The notes under the pieces are model-generated. The model was given only the letters and a program-made list of their open reading frames with translations. It made no database searches and was not told where the DNA came from. From the NCBI RefSeq assembly GCF_009914755.1, contig NC_060945.1: 64,000 nt of DNA; one strand, 5' to 3'. Both the position numbers and the translations under genes were made by a program. Source of the DNA: the human T2T-CHM13v2.0 reference genome, Homo sapiens. Positions 14,601 through 27,060 of the stretch are shown one piece after another. Numbering within the stretch: position 1 is the stretch's first letter; each line of letters begins with the position of its first letter.

Positions 14601-16196
14601 TTTTGTAGGCTAAACATTAGTTTTGGTAATTAATATAAAAAATTAGCTTTAATTTCTTCTAGGATTAATTACCTTTTTTATAAGTATTATACTATTTCGT
14701 TAAATTTTTGGATAGTACTTTATCTTACCTAATCAGCAAATAATTATAATGTAATTTTAACATTTATATTTATATGTGTATTGGAATTTGATATTTGAAA
14801 TGTATAAAATATTTAATTAATTTCACTTCTAGATGAATTGTAGGTATTTTTGAAATACAGTATTGGTGTGAACAGCATTTTGGTACTGCGTGAAGTAAAT
14901 GGGAAAACATTAGTATTGTAATTTTGCCTCAGTGTTACAGTTACCACCTTGATAGTGAGCTTTGTTGTATATGAAAAGTGGCTTCAAGTTATGTTAGAGA
15001 TAGAAGGAAACTTAGAGTTCCTTGAGGAAAGATAGGAGTAAGTAAGCAAGAGACCCTCTTAAAGGAGGTACAATTAGCACAGCTATTTCTAGCACCTGTT
15101 CGATGAGTGTGGCCCATTTTAGACGTTGGGAATACAGTCATGTACAAGATAGACAAAGGTCCTTGCTCCTCTGTAGCTTACATTCTGGTTAGTGAAAGAA
15201 TATTTTTAGATTGCTGTAGTGCTGTTAGAAGTAAAAAAAGAATGACATCAGGAGAACTGGGGGATGGAGGTGCATTTTGGTGATGAAGATATCAGAATTG
15301 GGGGGCATAAAAAGACTTTCATCAAACTTTGTTGTGCCTCCAGCAGATGTTGAGAATTGCAGTATGAATGTTGTTTATTCATGTGAAGCTTGTAGCAACA
15401 GGAAAATCGAGAACTACTAATTTAGCAGATGAGGAAACTGAGGTACAAGTTTAAAATTGATAAATTTTAATAACATATTCAGGTTTGTATAACTCATTAG
15501 TGAATGAGCTAGGACTAGAATCATAGTCCTAGTTTTTCTAGTTTCCATTCCCATTCATTCATTCCTTTCTTTCTGTATTTTTTTTTCAAATGAATGTTTT
15601 CAGCCCTCAGTCTGTGCCTTGCCAAAGTGTGTTTCATTGATGCATTTGGTAGGTAGAAGGAAAGAGTTGAAGGAGTTGCTTTCAGATGGGGTGAGAGAAG
15701 CCTCTCAGAAGCCTGCACAACTTCTCTTAGAATAGTTGGAATTGAGTGGTTCAGAGACTTTATAAATGAGAATTATGGCAGCAAGATCATTTGTTTCCTG
15801 TAAACTATATGCTTTTGTAAGTTGAACATTGTGCTGGATTGAGCAGAACTTTTTCCCCTCTAAGCGTAAGAATTTTATTTTAATAGATCTATAGGTTTCA
15901 CCAAATGAGGAACATTGAAGTTGGCAACCTGGGTTGATAAAGACATTATTAGGAGCTTGGCAGATGGAATAGTGGATTAGTGGAATCAGTTCTGAGCCCT
16001 GCAGTGAGTTGAACAGCTCAACTGATGGTATTCGTTAGATGGTACCCGATGTGTCTACCTGATGACACATCCAGTGAGGAATACACCCTCTATACGTCAG
16101 TCAGTGGCCCAGGCTCATGGTTTTATTTGTGGTGCATTTTAGGGTACATGGATTAAGGACCTGCCAGCTTCCCTCAGCCCATCACAATATAGAACC

Positions 16197-16390
16197 AGGG
16201 GTTGGCCAGATAGTAAATAGTTTAGGCTCTGGGGCCATGTGGTCTCTTGTAATTACAGATCTACCTTTAGCACAGAAGTAGCCATAGACACTATGCAGAT
16301 GTGTGAGTTGGCTGTGTTCCAGTTCAACTTTATTTGCAAATACAGGTAGCAAGCCAGATTTGGCCCAAGAGCCCTGGTTTGCCAACCCTG
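16197..16390. mobile_element. MER58A hAT-Charlie MITE
   Basis: TIRs caggggttggc...tttgccaaccctg; internal atagtaaatagtttaggct and aactttatttgcaaatacagg. Confidence 0.8.
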
Positions 16391-17639
16391 CTTTATGGTG
16401 AGGTAAGGTCTATGGGGCGTTATTTTTGCTCCTCCTTCCACCTTTCGTTTTATACTTCTGGGTGTTTTGAAATTAAAGTGAGATGAATGTGGCCATTCCA
16501 GTAGTCTACAGTTTGACCTTGACATACTGAAGTCAAACAATTTTTTTTTTTATATTTTCCTAAGTTACATTCTTGTTAGGTAGCCTTTCCCCTTTTTGAG
16601 ACAGATGTAAGAAGAAAATGTTTTTTACTTTATAAGCTCTTACTTCAGAAGAGGGTAATGAGTTTTATACTGTAAACACTTCAGTTGGAACTTAAAAGAT
16701 ATTGAGATATATTCCTTTTTAATCAGGCAAAACTGGAATTGAAATTTATTTGGGTAGCTAATCAGAAAACTAATCAATCAAATGTTTTTTTCCTTTTTTT
16801 TTTTGAGTGCAAAGCTGAGACCCGACTCTTTATTTGGATGGGCTGTTCCTTTACCTTATCATACGTTAATTGATGTAATGCCAGGTCAAGAAACAGCATT
16901 TTCAGTTAAATGAAATACTGTGCTGCTGTTAATAATGAGTCCTCTGCAGATGTATGGCGATGTCTTTGTGAACTATAATGAAATGTGAGAAGAATGTAGT
17001 CTTCATATGATTAGAACTGTCTAGGAATGTGTTTGATACAATCATAAGGATAAATTGCCTTAGACTTTTTACCTACTGTTAATGGGAAGAGATTTTGGCC
17101 TGAATTTTTATTGTCTTCAGGAAATTTCTGTTTTATCTTAAGGTTGGTTAAATATATAAACAACGATTCAGTAGGAATTTTTAAAATCCCTAATGGACTT
17201 CAATATGAAAAGAAAGTAAAGAATGTTTTTTTCTAAGCCTTAAGCCAATACTTAGCACATTTCATACCATTTTAGCAGCACTTGTCAGAAAGAAAATTTT
17301 AAAAATATAGTGGATTTTGTTTGGTTGCCAGAATGCACACTTAAACTTGTTCTGCAATTTTCTCTTCATTTGATCCCCAAATGAACCTCTGGAAGGTAGC
17401 CTATTCTTAAGTTTCCTCCTGCACTTTAAAATCACCCTGCTTGCACCTCTTCACGTAGGTCTTTGAGGAGATGTGCACCTTGTCTTTGCCAAGGTGTGCC
17501 TCTGGCTTCCTCCCCGATGGTTTCCACAGCTTTCCTTCTCCTTGCAGCAGGCGTTTCCACTTAATAGCTGCCCTGTCAGCATCTCTCTAGAGATCCCATC
17601 CCAAATCTGTAAACCTTCTTGGCTTTTTTTTTTTATGAA

Positions 17640-18920
17640 GATAAAATATGTAACAATAAGACACTAGACCATATAGTAGTTATCCAGTAAATCATAGCTG
17701 TCATCGTTGTTGCTATTTTAGAAATCCTACATTTTATCGTCTTGCATGGTCCGCTCCTTTTTGACTACCAACTTGCCCATGTGTTTTCTCCTAAAACACG
17801 TTGCTCAAGTTGCTTGTCCCTGGAGCCCTGGCATTTTCTCCTCCTCACCATTGTTCTCATACCTCTACCATGGGAACCTTGGCAGCCTGCTTTCTGGCCC
17901 CATCTTGCCAAATGCCCATGTAGCTACCACACCGCGGCTTTTTCTTGATCTCTGTCCTCTACCCCATTGTCATTCTGGACAAGGCAGTCTCCCGATTTTC
18001 CTTGTCCTATTTGATGATACGTTTTATATTTGCTTCTCTGACTTTGAGTCCTCTTGTTAGCCCCTAAATGTTTGTACTCCCCAAGGTTCTGCTGGTGATC
18101 TCCTTTCCTCTCCCCCTCCACCCTTTCTATTGATCTCACCTCCTTCTCAGGCTTCAGAGAGCCGTCTGTGCAGGTGACTATGAAATGTGTATTTCTCATC
18201 CACCTGCTTTGAGCTTAAGATTTACATCTGGAGAGGTCAACCTAGGGGAGCCATGGCATCTGAGACTCAGCGTGTCTTAAACCAGATTCATCTCTTACTG
18301 TCCTCACCAGCTTCTCCAGCTCTCCTTTTAGCTGTAGTGACAGTTGCACTCTCTCAGCCACCAGATTGTGGTGCCCTTCTTCGCCACATCTTGCCTTCAT
18401 TCTCCACATTGCATTCGTTGCAGTTTTCAGGCTTATCCTTATAAAGTATCTTTTCTTCCAAAAATTGCTTGTGTATACATATGCATAGAGAGATATCTGG
18501 AAAGAAATTCACCAGAAAGTTTAATTCACCATCCAGTCTATCTCTGGGTAATGGGATTCTATATTGTTCAAGCTTTTTTTTTTTTTTTTTTAAATAACAG
18601 GCCTTGATTACTCATGGACTTGTGCCCAGTGTATACCCGTCTATCTCCTCAGCACTCCCTTGCCCTGAACCCCATCACTGGGGCTCAGTTGCTGGTTCAT
18701 TCATTCTTTGTACCTCCGGTCATCATTTTCCGGGTGCCTTTCAAGTAAACTTTCCTTAGTGAAACCCTTCTTCCAGCTGAATGTTTCTTCCTTTCGTGAG
18801 CCCTCTGGTCTCTATGCTATTTCCTGTATTCTGCCCTCTGCTCTCCATACATGTGTATTTTGTGTTCTGTCCTTTATTAGATTGTAAGCTCCATGAGGGC
18901 AGAGTTTGGGTCTGATTACC
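17640..18920. mobile_element. Degenerate L2 LINE fragments
   Basis: Pyrimidine-rich L2-like blocks ending in ttagattgtaagctccatgagggcag; boundaries approximate. Confidence 0.55.
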
Positions 18921-18939
18921 CATCCTTTCCCCCTTTTGG

Positions 18940-19315
18940 TTACAGTCTCCCAGTTTTTCTTTGGGAGACAACACCTTTTCCCCCTGGCTACAGTTTTGGT
19001 GGGATGGGCAGTTCAGGTGTCCTGCCAACGAGATACTCTTCTCCTGGAATTTGAATTTTGAGTCATGGGATACAAGGACTGACAGTGATTGGCACTGATT
19101 CAGCCTGGCCGAGGTGCTCTGAAGAAGCCACTCATTAGTTCCTGCCTCCCAGATCCCTGGAGCTGCCCTGGTCCCTGAACTCTCCGAAGCCTGGTTCTTC
19201 AGATATTCCTCGTATCTGTGAGCTATCTCATATCCTTACAATAAATTCTCTCTCTCTTTTATTTTAAGTTAACCAAAACCAGCTTCTGTTGCTTTTACCC
19301 AGCGATTCCTACCAG
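18940..19315 (+). mobile_element. Old ERVL/MaLR-class LTR remnant
   Basis: 3' part ...acAATAAAttctc...ttaagttaacc...ttctgttgctt is typical of LTR33/LTR16/MLT1 ends; family uncertain. Confidence 0.55.
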
Positions 19316-19398
19316 TAGAGCTGTTATGATTGGAACTGAGCAGACTTAATCATTCTAGCTCTTATATTAATTCTGATGCTTTTTTTTCTTTTCTTTAA

Positions 19399-19557
<159 letters not shown>

Positions 19558-20580
19558 TAAGTTTCTTCATGAAGTCTTGAAAGACGTTTTTGATAGGCTC
19601 AGTAAAGAGTACTGTTCAATTACTATTAGAAGTTCTTAAAATTTCACATTGAGACCCCTGTTGCGCCTAGGTGTCCTTTGGGTACACACTCTGGCAGTCT
19701 TGTGTTGCAGATGGGATGTGATATGCTGGCCCTTCGTGGACTATGATCTGAGTTCAAAACTAGGCCATCCTAGGAGCAAAGGGCTTACCAAGTCTAGCTT
19801 GTGGAACCTTTTCCTGTCAACCTTAGCACTGTTTTCCCTGACATTTCTTTAACTTTTGCCTTTAAAATACCTTAGTGAACAGTGCTGTCCACAAACATAG
19901 TGTATCAGTTTTAAACATATGCGTTGCAAATAACAGAACATGCTGCTTTTGACTGATGTATGTAACCTAAGCCTAATCAACAAAAGAAAAATGGTAATAC
20001 CTACTCCAAGTAATGATCACAGTTTGGAATTTTGTCTCCTACTGTGTACAGCAGCTTCCTCAAATACATGTCACAGATTTGATTCTGTAGTAATAACTAT
20101 CTTTGTAGAAGTTCTTGGAGAACAATTTGTAGAATAGATTTGAATCTTCTCATGTTGTAGGATTTCCTAGGAGTGGGTGTTAGAGAAGATGGGAATCAGG
20201 TTTTAGCGCGGTAGGAAAAGTCCAAGAGTAGAAGAGTCAGCTCTCTCTGGCACTCAGCAACTCTGTGGCCTCCCCTTCTGTTTCTGGCTTCTTTGGGCAC
20301 AGAACTCAGGTTATGGGTCTCCCATCTGCATTGCCACAAGGACCCAGCAAGACAGTCTCTGCAGATGTGCTCTGCGACGAGAATGCTGCTTGTAGTTATG
20401 TGAGTCGAGCTGTCTTGTGCAGGTACAGTACGTGTGATAGGGCCTGAGTGGAGTCGCGTCTCACATCGAGGCTTTCTTACTGCATTTAAACCTTCTGCCG
20501 TGCTGCAAATTTCATCTTTTGATTGCTTCACCTTGTTTTGTGCTAGTGTTCAGCTTCTTGAGAACACCTCTGAAGAGAAT

Positions 20581-20610
20581 GCCTGAGGCGTTGCTAGGCA
20601 ACAGGAAATG
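20581..20610. promoter_or_regulatory. Candidate enhancer core: adjacent TFAP2, RFX and ETS motifs
   Basis: GCCTGAGGC + GTTGCTAGGCAAC + ACAGGAAATG; motif match only. Confidence 0.5.
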
Positions 20611-21392
20611 CACAGTGGCTAGGCTTCTTCCACAGTCATAATAACAATGAGGGATGGAGAGCATGTGTGTCTGTCTGTCTGTTTCTTTTAAACTTAATCA
20701 CAAATGGGTGTGGTTTTAACAGCGCAGTTATGGATCCTTTTGCCTTTTTTGTTGAAAGAGGAGCATATAAAAACTGTCCGAGAGTCATTAGCGCAGTTCT
20801 TGGATGGAAGGCAGTGAAGAAGTCAGTTTCTCCACTCATGTAGTACTTCCAGGGGTTTCTGCCCTTTTTTCAAGTAGAGGATTTGACTTTGTTGAGAGTT
20901 GGCATGACCAGCATCCTAGGATCTGCACTAACACGTAGCCTGAGTAATGCTGACGTCACTTGTCTGAGGACCAGGCTCAAGAACTGCTGTGTTCACTCAG
21001 TTCATTTTCAGACCTCTGTGTGCAGTGGTGGGGGTTGGGGGTGGGTAGCCGTTTCTCTTTATGGGTGGAATAAATTCAGGTCCTGGAGGAGCCCACTGGG
21101 ACCAAGCCAGAACTGCTGAGAACACTAGCCCTACTTCTGGGTTCCCCCCTGGCAAAGGTGCATGTGCCTCGCTGAGGAATATGTTGCAGTCACTTAGTTC
21201 ATTGACTTTTAAAGATTTTATTGCTGGTTCTTTTACTTTCAGACTCCTCAACAAACAGAAGCAGTGTTCTGTATTACATATGTGTATTATATATAGACAC
21301 AGAAAGGTAGTGCCCAGCTGCAGTGGGGGAGGTTCATGCTTTAAGCCTATTTTCTGGGATAAATCAGTGTCTGGTATTTATTTGTTAAAGGT

Positions 21393-21656
21393 AATGTTTT
21401 TTAAAGTGTGGTCTCTGAAACGCTAATTCCGTAGAGATGCTCCATCAAAAAAGGAGAAGTAGGGTGTGTGTGATCAATTAGATGTGGGAAGCCTTACATG
21501 ATCGAATTCCTTCTAGAGGTTCACAGTGCACATTGGCACATAAATGATGAGAAGCCCTTCAGTAAGATCCGTTCATTAATTCACTGTATTTGATTATGCT
21601 ACATTTTATTTCTATAATACTCGTGAACATTCTCCACAGTGACTTTTGGGAAATGA
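21393..21656. mobile_element. MER103C-like hAT-Charlie element
   Basis: aaagtgtggtc...gagatgctcc...ttcacagtgcacattggcacat...cttttgggaaatg. Confidence 0.6.
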
Positions 21657-24229
21657 GGATGTGAGAGGCAAGTGTAGTTTGAAGTTACCCGAATAAAGAT
21701 TTGGAATTGGGCGATAACGTTTATGTGTCTGCAGTGTGGAGCTTAAGGTTAGTCTGATATTCTCTTGGCTTCAGGCAGTGGCCCCATAATCACTAACCCT
21801 AACCATGGCAGTACCAGGTATTTTGTTCATTTGGCAAATTCTTTATGTGCATTAATCCATAGCCACAGAAAGTGTTAGAAACATGTAATAAGTGGATTAT
21901 GTACTGGGAGACTTGCTTTTCTGAAGTGGTTGAGAAGAAACAGTGGTTTTATTGGTTACACGTTTAGCATTCAAAGTTTTGGCTCTTTTTGAACAGCCCT
22001 AGAGGCTATGACACGTATCCGAAATTACGGCAAGGCGCTGATTTGAAACCTGACAGTGGTGTGCGAGAGCCAGCTTTTGGCTGGCTAATGGAGTGAGCCT
22101 AGATGTTTCTGAGAGTCCACATTCTATCATGGTACTGTTGGTATCGTGTGTTTGTTGCTTTTACGTTTTGTGGGGAGAAATGGTATGTCCTAGTGGTGTC
22201 CACAGGTCTCAGGTTGATTCTCACAATTGTCGTGGTTCCTGGTCTCAAGGAGTTTTCAGTCTAATCAGAGAGTTGGCTGCATAATGCTAACCTAGGCACC
22301 GGCTGAGGGAGTGTGTGTGAAAGTGCCCAGCACAGCAGGAGTAAAGCTAAGCCTGGGGCTGACGGGTAGGTATCTCTGTTCCAATGACTTCACTGTGTAT
22401 TGGGCAATTGCCTCTACTGTTCTCCCATGCCCAGCCCCCTCCGCCCCCCAAATCAACCGCCTTATCACGTACATGCCCAGTAGGCTGGAAGAAAAGAGTA
22501 GGTAAGGGAGAGCCTGTTGCTTTAGGGTTATCTGGGAAATCTGCCCAGAGGAGGAGGAGAGTATACTTTGGAAATGATACCTGATGTTTATTATTATATC
22601 AAGACTGTTTCCAGTTTATGCCAAAAATAAAAATATAGTCATTATATTTCAAATATTAGTTTGGTCAGACTCCACTTTAGAAACAGGTTGTGTTCCAGAA
22701 ATTTGCCTGTAAGTCTGTTGTTTATAACTGAGAACTTATTTTCCCAGTGGAACAACTTGATGGTTAAGTTCCCAGACTAGTCCACAGAGATTTTCTTAAT
22801 TCATAATCTCTGAAGGTCAGTAGAACTGGGGGAGTCATGCGTGTTCAGCTGAGGACCATTTTAAACCTGTTTTTGAAAATGCAATTCAGTGTTCCCCTTG
22901 GCAGCAGAATGGGGCCTGGATTGGGCCACCCTTATCAGGGATTGGGACAATATCTCAGCCCTCTAACTTGTTAACACTAAATAAATCATTGGTGCATGAC
23001 CTGGAGCTGGGTGGCTCAGAGGCCTGGGAGTCACTCCCAGCTCTGGATTTGCTGGGGTCTCTTTCAGGTCCCCGAGATTACCTCCCCTTTGTGTCTGCAC
23101 GTGCTCACCCTGACACCCTCATCTGCTCTGCGGGACAGACAAGGTGTTGGTGTGGAAAATTCTTACTGTATTCCTGGGCGTTTGGAAGGGGAAGATGTCA
23201 TTTATGTTAGAGGGAGCAATGACAGGAGAGGCTCATTTAGACCCGTGCTATAAAGGGGCAGGCATCTTACTGAATGATAGTAACAGTCACCCTTTGCCAG
23301 AACCACGTCACTCACTCCAGGGCTGCACGGAGCTTATGGTTCTCGGTTCTCTTTCCACTAGATGGGGCTGAGCTGAGACTGAGAGGAAACTATACAAAAA
23401 GTGCGGTCGTATTTCAGCGTTGGGCTTGTGCTGCTTTGTAAAAGGATGCCTCTGCTCTGTTTCTACCGGGTCTGATTTTATGGCAGTGAGATTGGGCTGG
23501 CTTCCAAATGCCTGTGTATAAGAACTCTTAAGTAGAAGGTGTTTTTCTTGCCTGTTTTGCCCGTTCTTTGCCTGTTCTCATCTGCTTTAAAATTTGGATA
23601 GGTGCTTATAGCAGAGATCTGCTGGCCTACATATAAGATGCCCTTCTATTTACGGGTAAGCAGAATGATAAAAATAACCAGCTCCATGGTGAATCAGTGG
23701 AATTTTACTGACTCGCTTCCCAAATGTGTCTGCAGCTTACTCCATGAGCACTGGCACCCTCTCTAGAGGAGATTGATTCTCCTCTGTAGTTTTCCCGTTA
23801 GCTAACATTTCCATGTTCTCGTGCCTTTCTGCCAGTGTTCTGACCCCGTTCTCGTGTGTAGGTACTCCACACCAGGTTTTCAGACAGGGCTGCTGTGGCC
23901 TTGGAGGTTTCTTTTTAGTGGCAGTGCCCCAAGATTTGTAAGGATTCTGCAGCAGGTTTAGTGTTAGTGGTTTTGAAAATGTATGAGACCCAACAGATAT
24001 AAAAAGAAATGGGGCTTTTCCATGCAGAGGGTACCTCAGTTTGAAGGTGAATAATTCACTGCCTCGGTGAAGCCTGAATGCAACAAGGTTTAACTGAGAC
24101 GGTCTAGGAACTGGCATTTAGACAGATCTGTTTCCTATCTTCAAAAAGGCTCAAGGATGCTTCAGGGCTGCAAAGCCCTCCCATCCCCCTCCCCCATCCC
24201 CCCACCCACTGTGAGCCACTGAGTGCTTC

Positions 24230-24245
24230 AGTGGAAATTTCCACT
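24230..24245. promoter_or_regulatory. Palindromic Rel/NF-kB and NFAT5(TonE)-type site
   Basis: Perfect 16-bp palindrome AGTGGAAATTTCCACT; motif match only. Confidence 0.5.
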
Positions 24246-26699
24246 TGTCTGCTAGGGAGAAGGGGAGGGTGAGAGAGAGACAAAGAATGTAACTCAAATT
24301 CAAGCAAGCTCTTTTTATGGAAAACTTGTAAATACAGGGTTAAGACAAAAGTGAATAAAGAAAATACAACCTTTACATTTAAGGGCACTGTCAGAAAATA
24401 CAGTTTTCCCCCTGGACAACTAGGGGAGTCGGGGAAGGGCTGGCAGCACCGGGCAGTCTGCATGGTGACTGAATGGTGGAGGGGCTAGGCCTCTCCAGGG
24501 GAGGGGCAGAAGGGACATGAGAGCTGCTGGCTCTCTTACAACCATGCTGCTGTGAATGGAGTGTTTTTGGTGGCATTGTTTTCCAGTATTGGGGCACAGT
24601 CTGTCTTGGGGAAGCCATTTCTCTGAGTGTTTTCAGATCTCTAGAGGGTTTGGGCCATGTAGTAGAGAGTTTTGTAGCATGTGAGTGTCTTAAGAAATAT
24701 AAAGGAGGGCACATTATCACCTGGAAGATCACGTGGGCAAGTTCTACCTAGGAAGAAGTTCACTATTGCTCCAGCTTTCAAACACTGTTATCTGCAGTGA
24801 GAAATGCATTAGTGTCCTGAACCTTTCTTGGTTACTTCTTGCCTGGCATCAGTCATCTCCTCACTTCCACTTCTGCAGAGTTAGTGTGGGTCAAAGTTAC
24901 GTGCTTTTCTATAGAAAAGAGAGATGCTTTTGTGAAGCTGATAGCAACTTCATAGAAGTGGTGATTCTATAATTAGCACCACACATGTAAAAACAAACCT
25001 TTAAAATGTAAACACTGCTCGGCTTTGTGTTCAAGGCAATGTTGGTGCTTGCATGGACCCTGGCTACCTGGTAGGCGGAACCATGTCACTTGTGCCATGT
25101 AGCACATGGTCGAAGGTGCTGGGAATGTGTAACGTAATTAGATTTTAGACTGTTTTCCCAAAATGAGCTGTGTACTTATTGATTCAATCACCAAGAGTAG
25201 AAGTGGAAAATGGAAAACTAGCTATTTGGAGAGCTTTTGTTAAGTAAGAATGTCAGCTTTGGGGCATGTCTAGTCAGTTGCAATGTAGTCAAATCCAGAC
25301 GTTTGTGCCTTGAGTGAGGAGTTGATCGTGAGTCCACGTGCGTTAGGACTTCTGGTCTTGTGTTTTGATTCTGCCTAGTTTGGCTGGGGAAGAAGCAGAC
25401 ACTGATAGCTCATTGTGGTTGTGGAGTCCTCTTGATTCTCTCTTTTCCCAGGGTCAGGAGGAAGTTGGGGCAGAGGGCTCTAACTCCCCTGGAGACACTG
25501 AGCCCCTTTTCTGGTCACCTTCCCTTGAACAGCAGCTCCTCTGATTGTTAGAATGGTTTCTCCATGGCAACCTTCATGAGGATGCAGGGAGCGGGCATCA
25601 AGGGAGTTAGTTCCAAGGCCATTTTTTCAGCCTAACTCCCATTTTTGTAGGTCTCTTGTGGACCTGTGCTGTCATGAGAAAGGGATCCTCGCAGGCATCA
25701 AAAGCCACCCAGCCCCACCACCCCACACAGGTTGTTTCTAGGCCTGACTTTCTTCATGTGTAAAAATAGAAATGCGGGACTGTACTTGGTGTTGTCATAG
25801 CTGTAAAAAGTCTCATTCTCAGTCCTTAGGTCATCTGTAGTTAGCAAAGCCCAGCAGTGAGTCAGGGGTCCTTGCCTGTCATGGACAGTCTCCCACAGGA
25901 CTGCGGTGGAAGCCTGGGTTTCTGCTCATGCAGCAGCTCGTACAGCCTCTCTGCCCAGCTGGGCTGCATATTCCAGGAGGATGAGACCATGTGTGCCTCA
26001 TCCATTTAACCTCCTGAGGTTTGTCTGTAGTAGATGCTCATTAACAAGTTAAGTTTGCCCAGATGAATAGGTAAGAAGAAAAGGATATGTACTGGAAGCA
26101 ACCAGGAATTGGTGAAGGTCATTCCTGTGTGGGAAAACCATAATGGACCATTTATCTGTGTACTTGGGTCACTGAAGCAGGCAGAGATTGACTTTATCCT
26201 GGACTTCTGGTCAGTTCTCTTGTGGCCTGGGAGAGACATCTTGGTTCCCTGGGAGAAGAGGTCGGGAGGGGGTTGGTAAGAGGTTCAACTTCGGAGAGTG
26301 GCGAATACAGTAAGGTCTGCCTGTCTCGGAGTCACTTCTCACCTTCGCTGTTTTGGTAGCGTTTTCTTTCTGTGGAAACTTCCACGGTGTAATAGGGAGC
26401 CATGGGAGTGGAAGCAGTCTTTGCCCACATCAGCCCCGGGCGCATAGCAGCAGGACGACAAGCATGAGATGCCAGTCACCAGCTGTGCATGCCGGCTTGT
26501 GCTCGTTTAGTTGGTTGCTGAAGGAGCGTTGTCATGCCTGGTGGCAGGAAGTCAGAGCAGTTAGGAGGGTGAAGGCAAGAGAGGGGTTTTGGTAGCAACA
26601 GGGAGCCTCCCGAAGCTAGGAAAGCCCAGTGTTAGGATTTCCAGGTCTTTAACTAGGTTTTCTCTTTATCCTTGAGAATCCTCCAACATGTGGGTACTA

Positions 26700-27060
26700 G
26701 GTAGCAAGAGATACAGTATACAGAGTGGGGAGCTGTGGGGTCTGGAGTCCGGAGCTTGACTCTCACTTTGTGACCTGGGGCCTATCAGTTCCCCTCTGGG
26801 CTTCAGTTTGCTCATGTGAAAGGTTTAGGCTGCGTTGTCTTTATGGTCCTTTCCAGCACTTCCAGTCTATGATTCTGTAACCCATTTGGTCCCAAAGCTA
26901 TCTGTGGTTTCTTGTGTCCTGGAGTCAAAAGACCTGCTCTGTTTGAATCCTGGCAGTGACCACTTCATAGCTGAGTGACCTTGGGCTAATGACTTAACCT
27001 TTTTGAGTCTCTCTTCTTAACTACATTAAATTGTACGACTCAAAGGAGGCAACGTGTAGG
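26700..27060. mobile_element. MIR SINE fragments
   Basis: tgtgacctgggg...ctctgggcttcagtttgctcat and tagctgagtgaccttgggc...cttaacct MIR core motifs. Confidence 0.65.
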
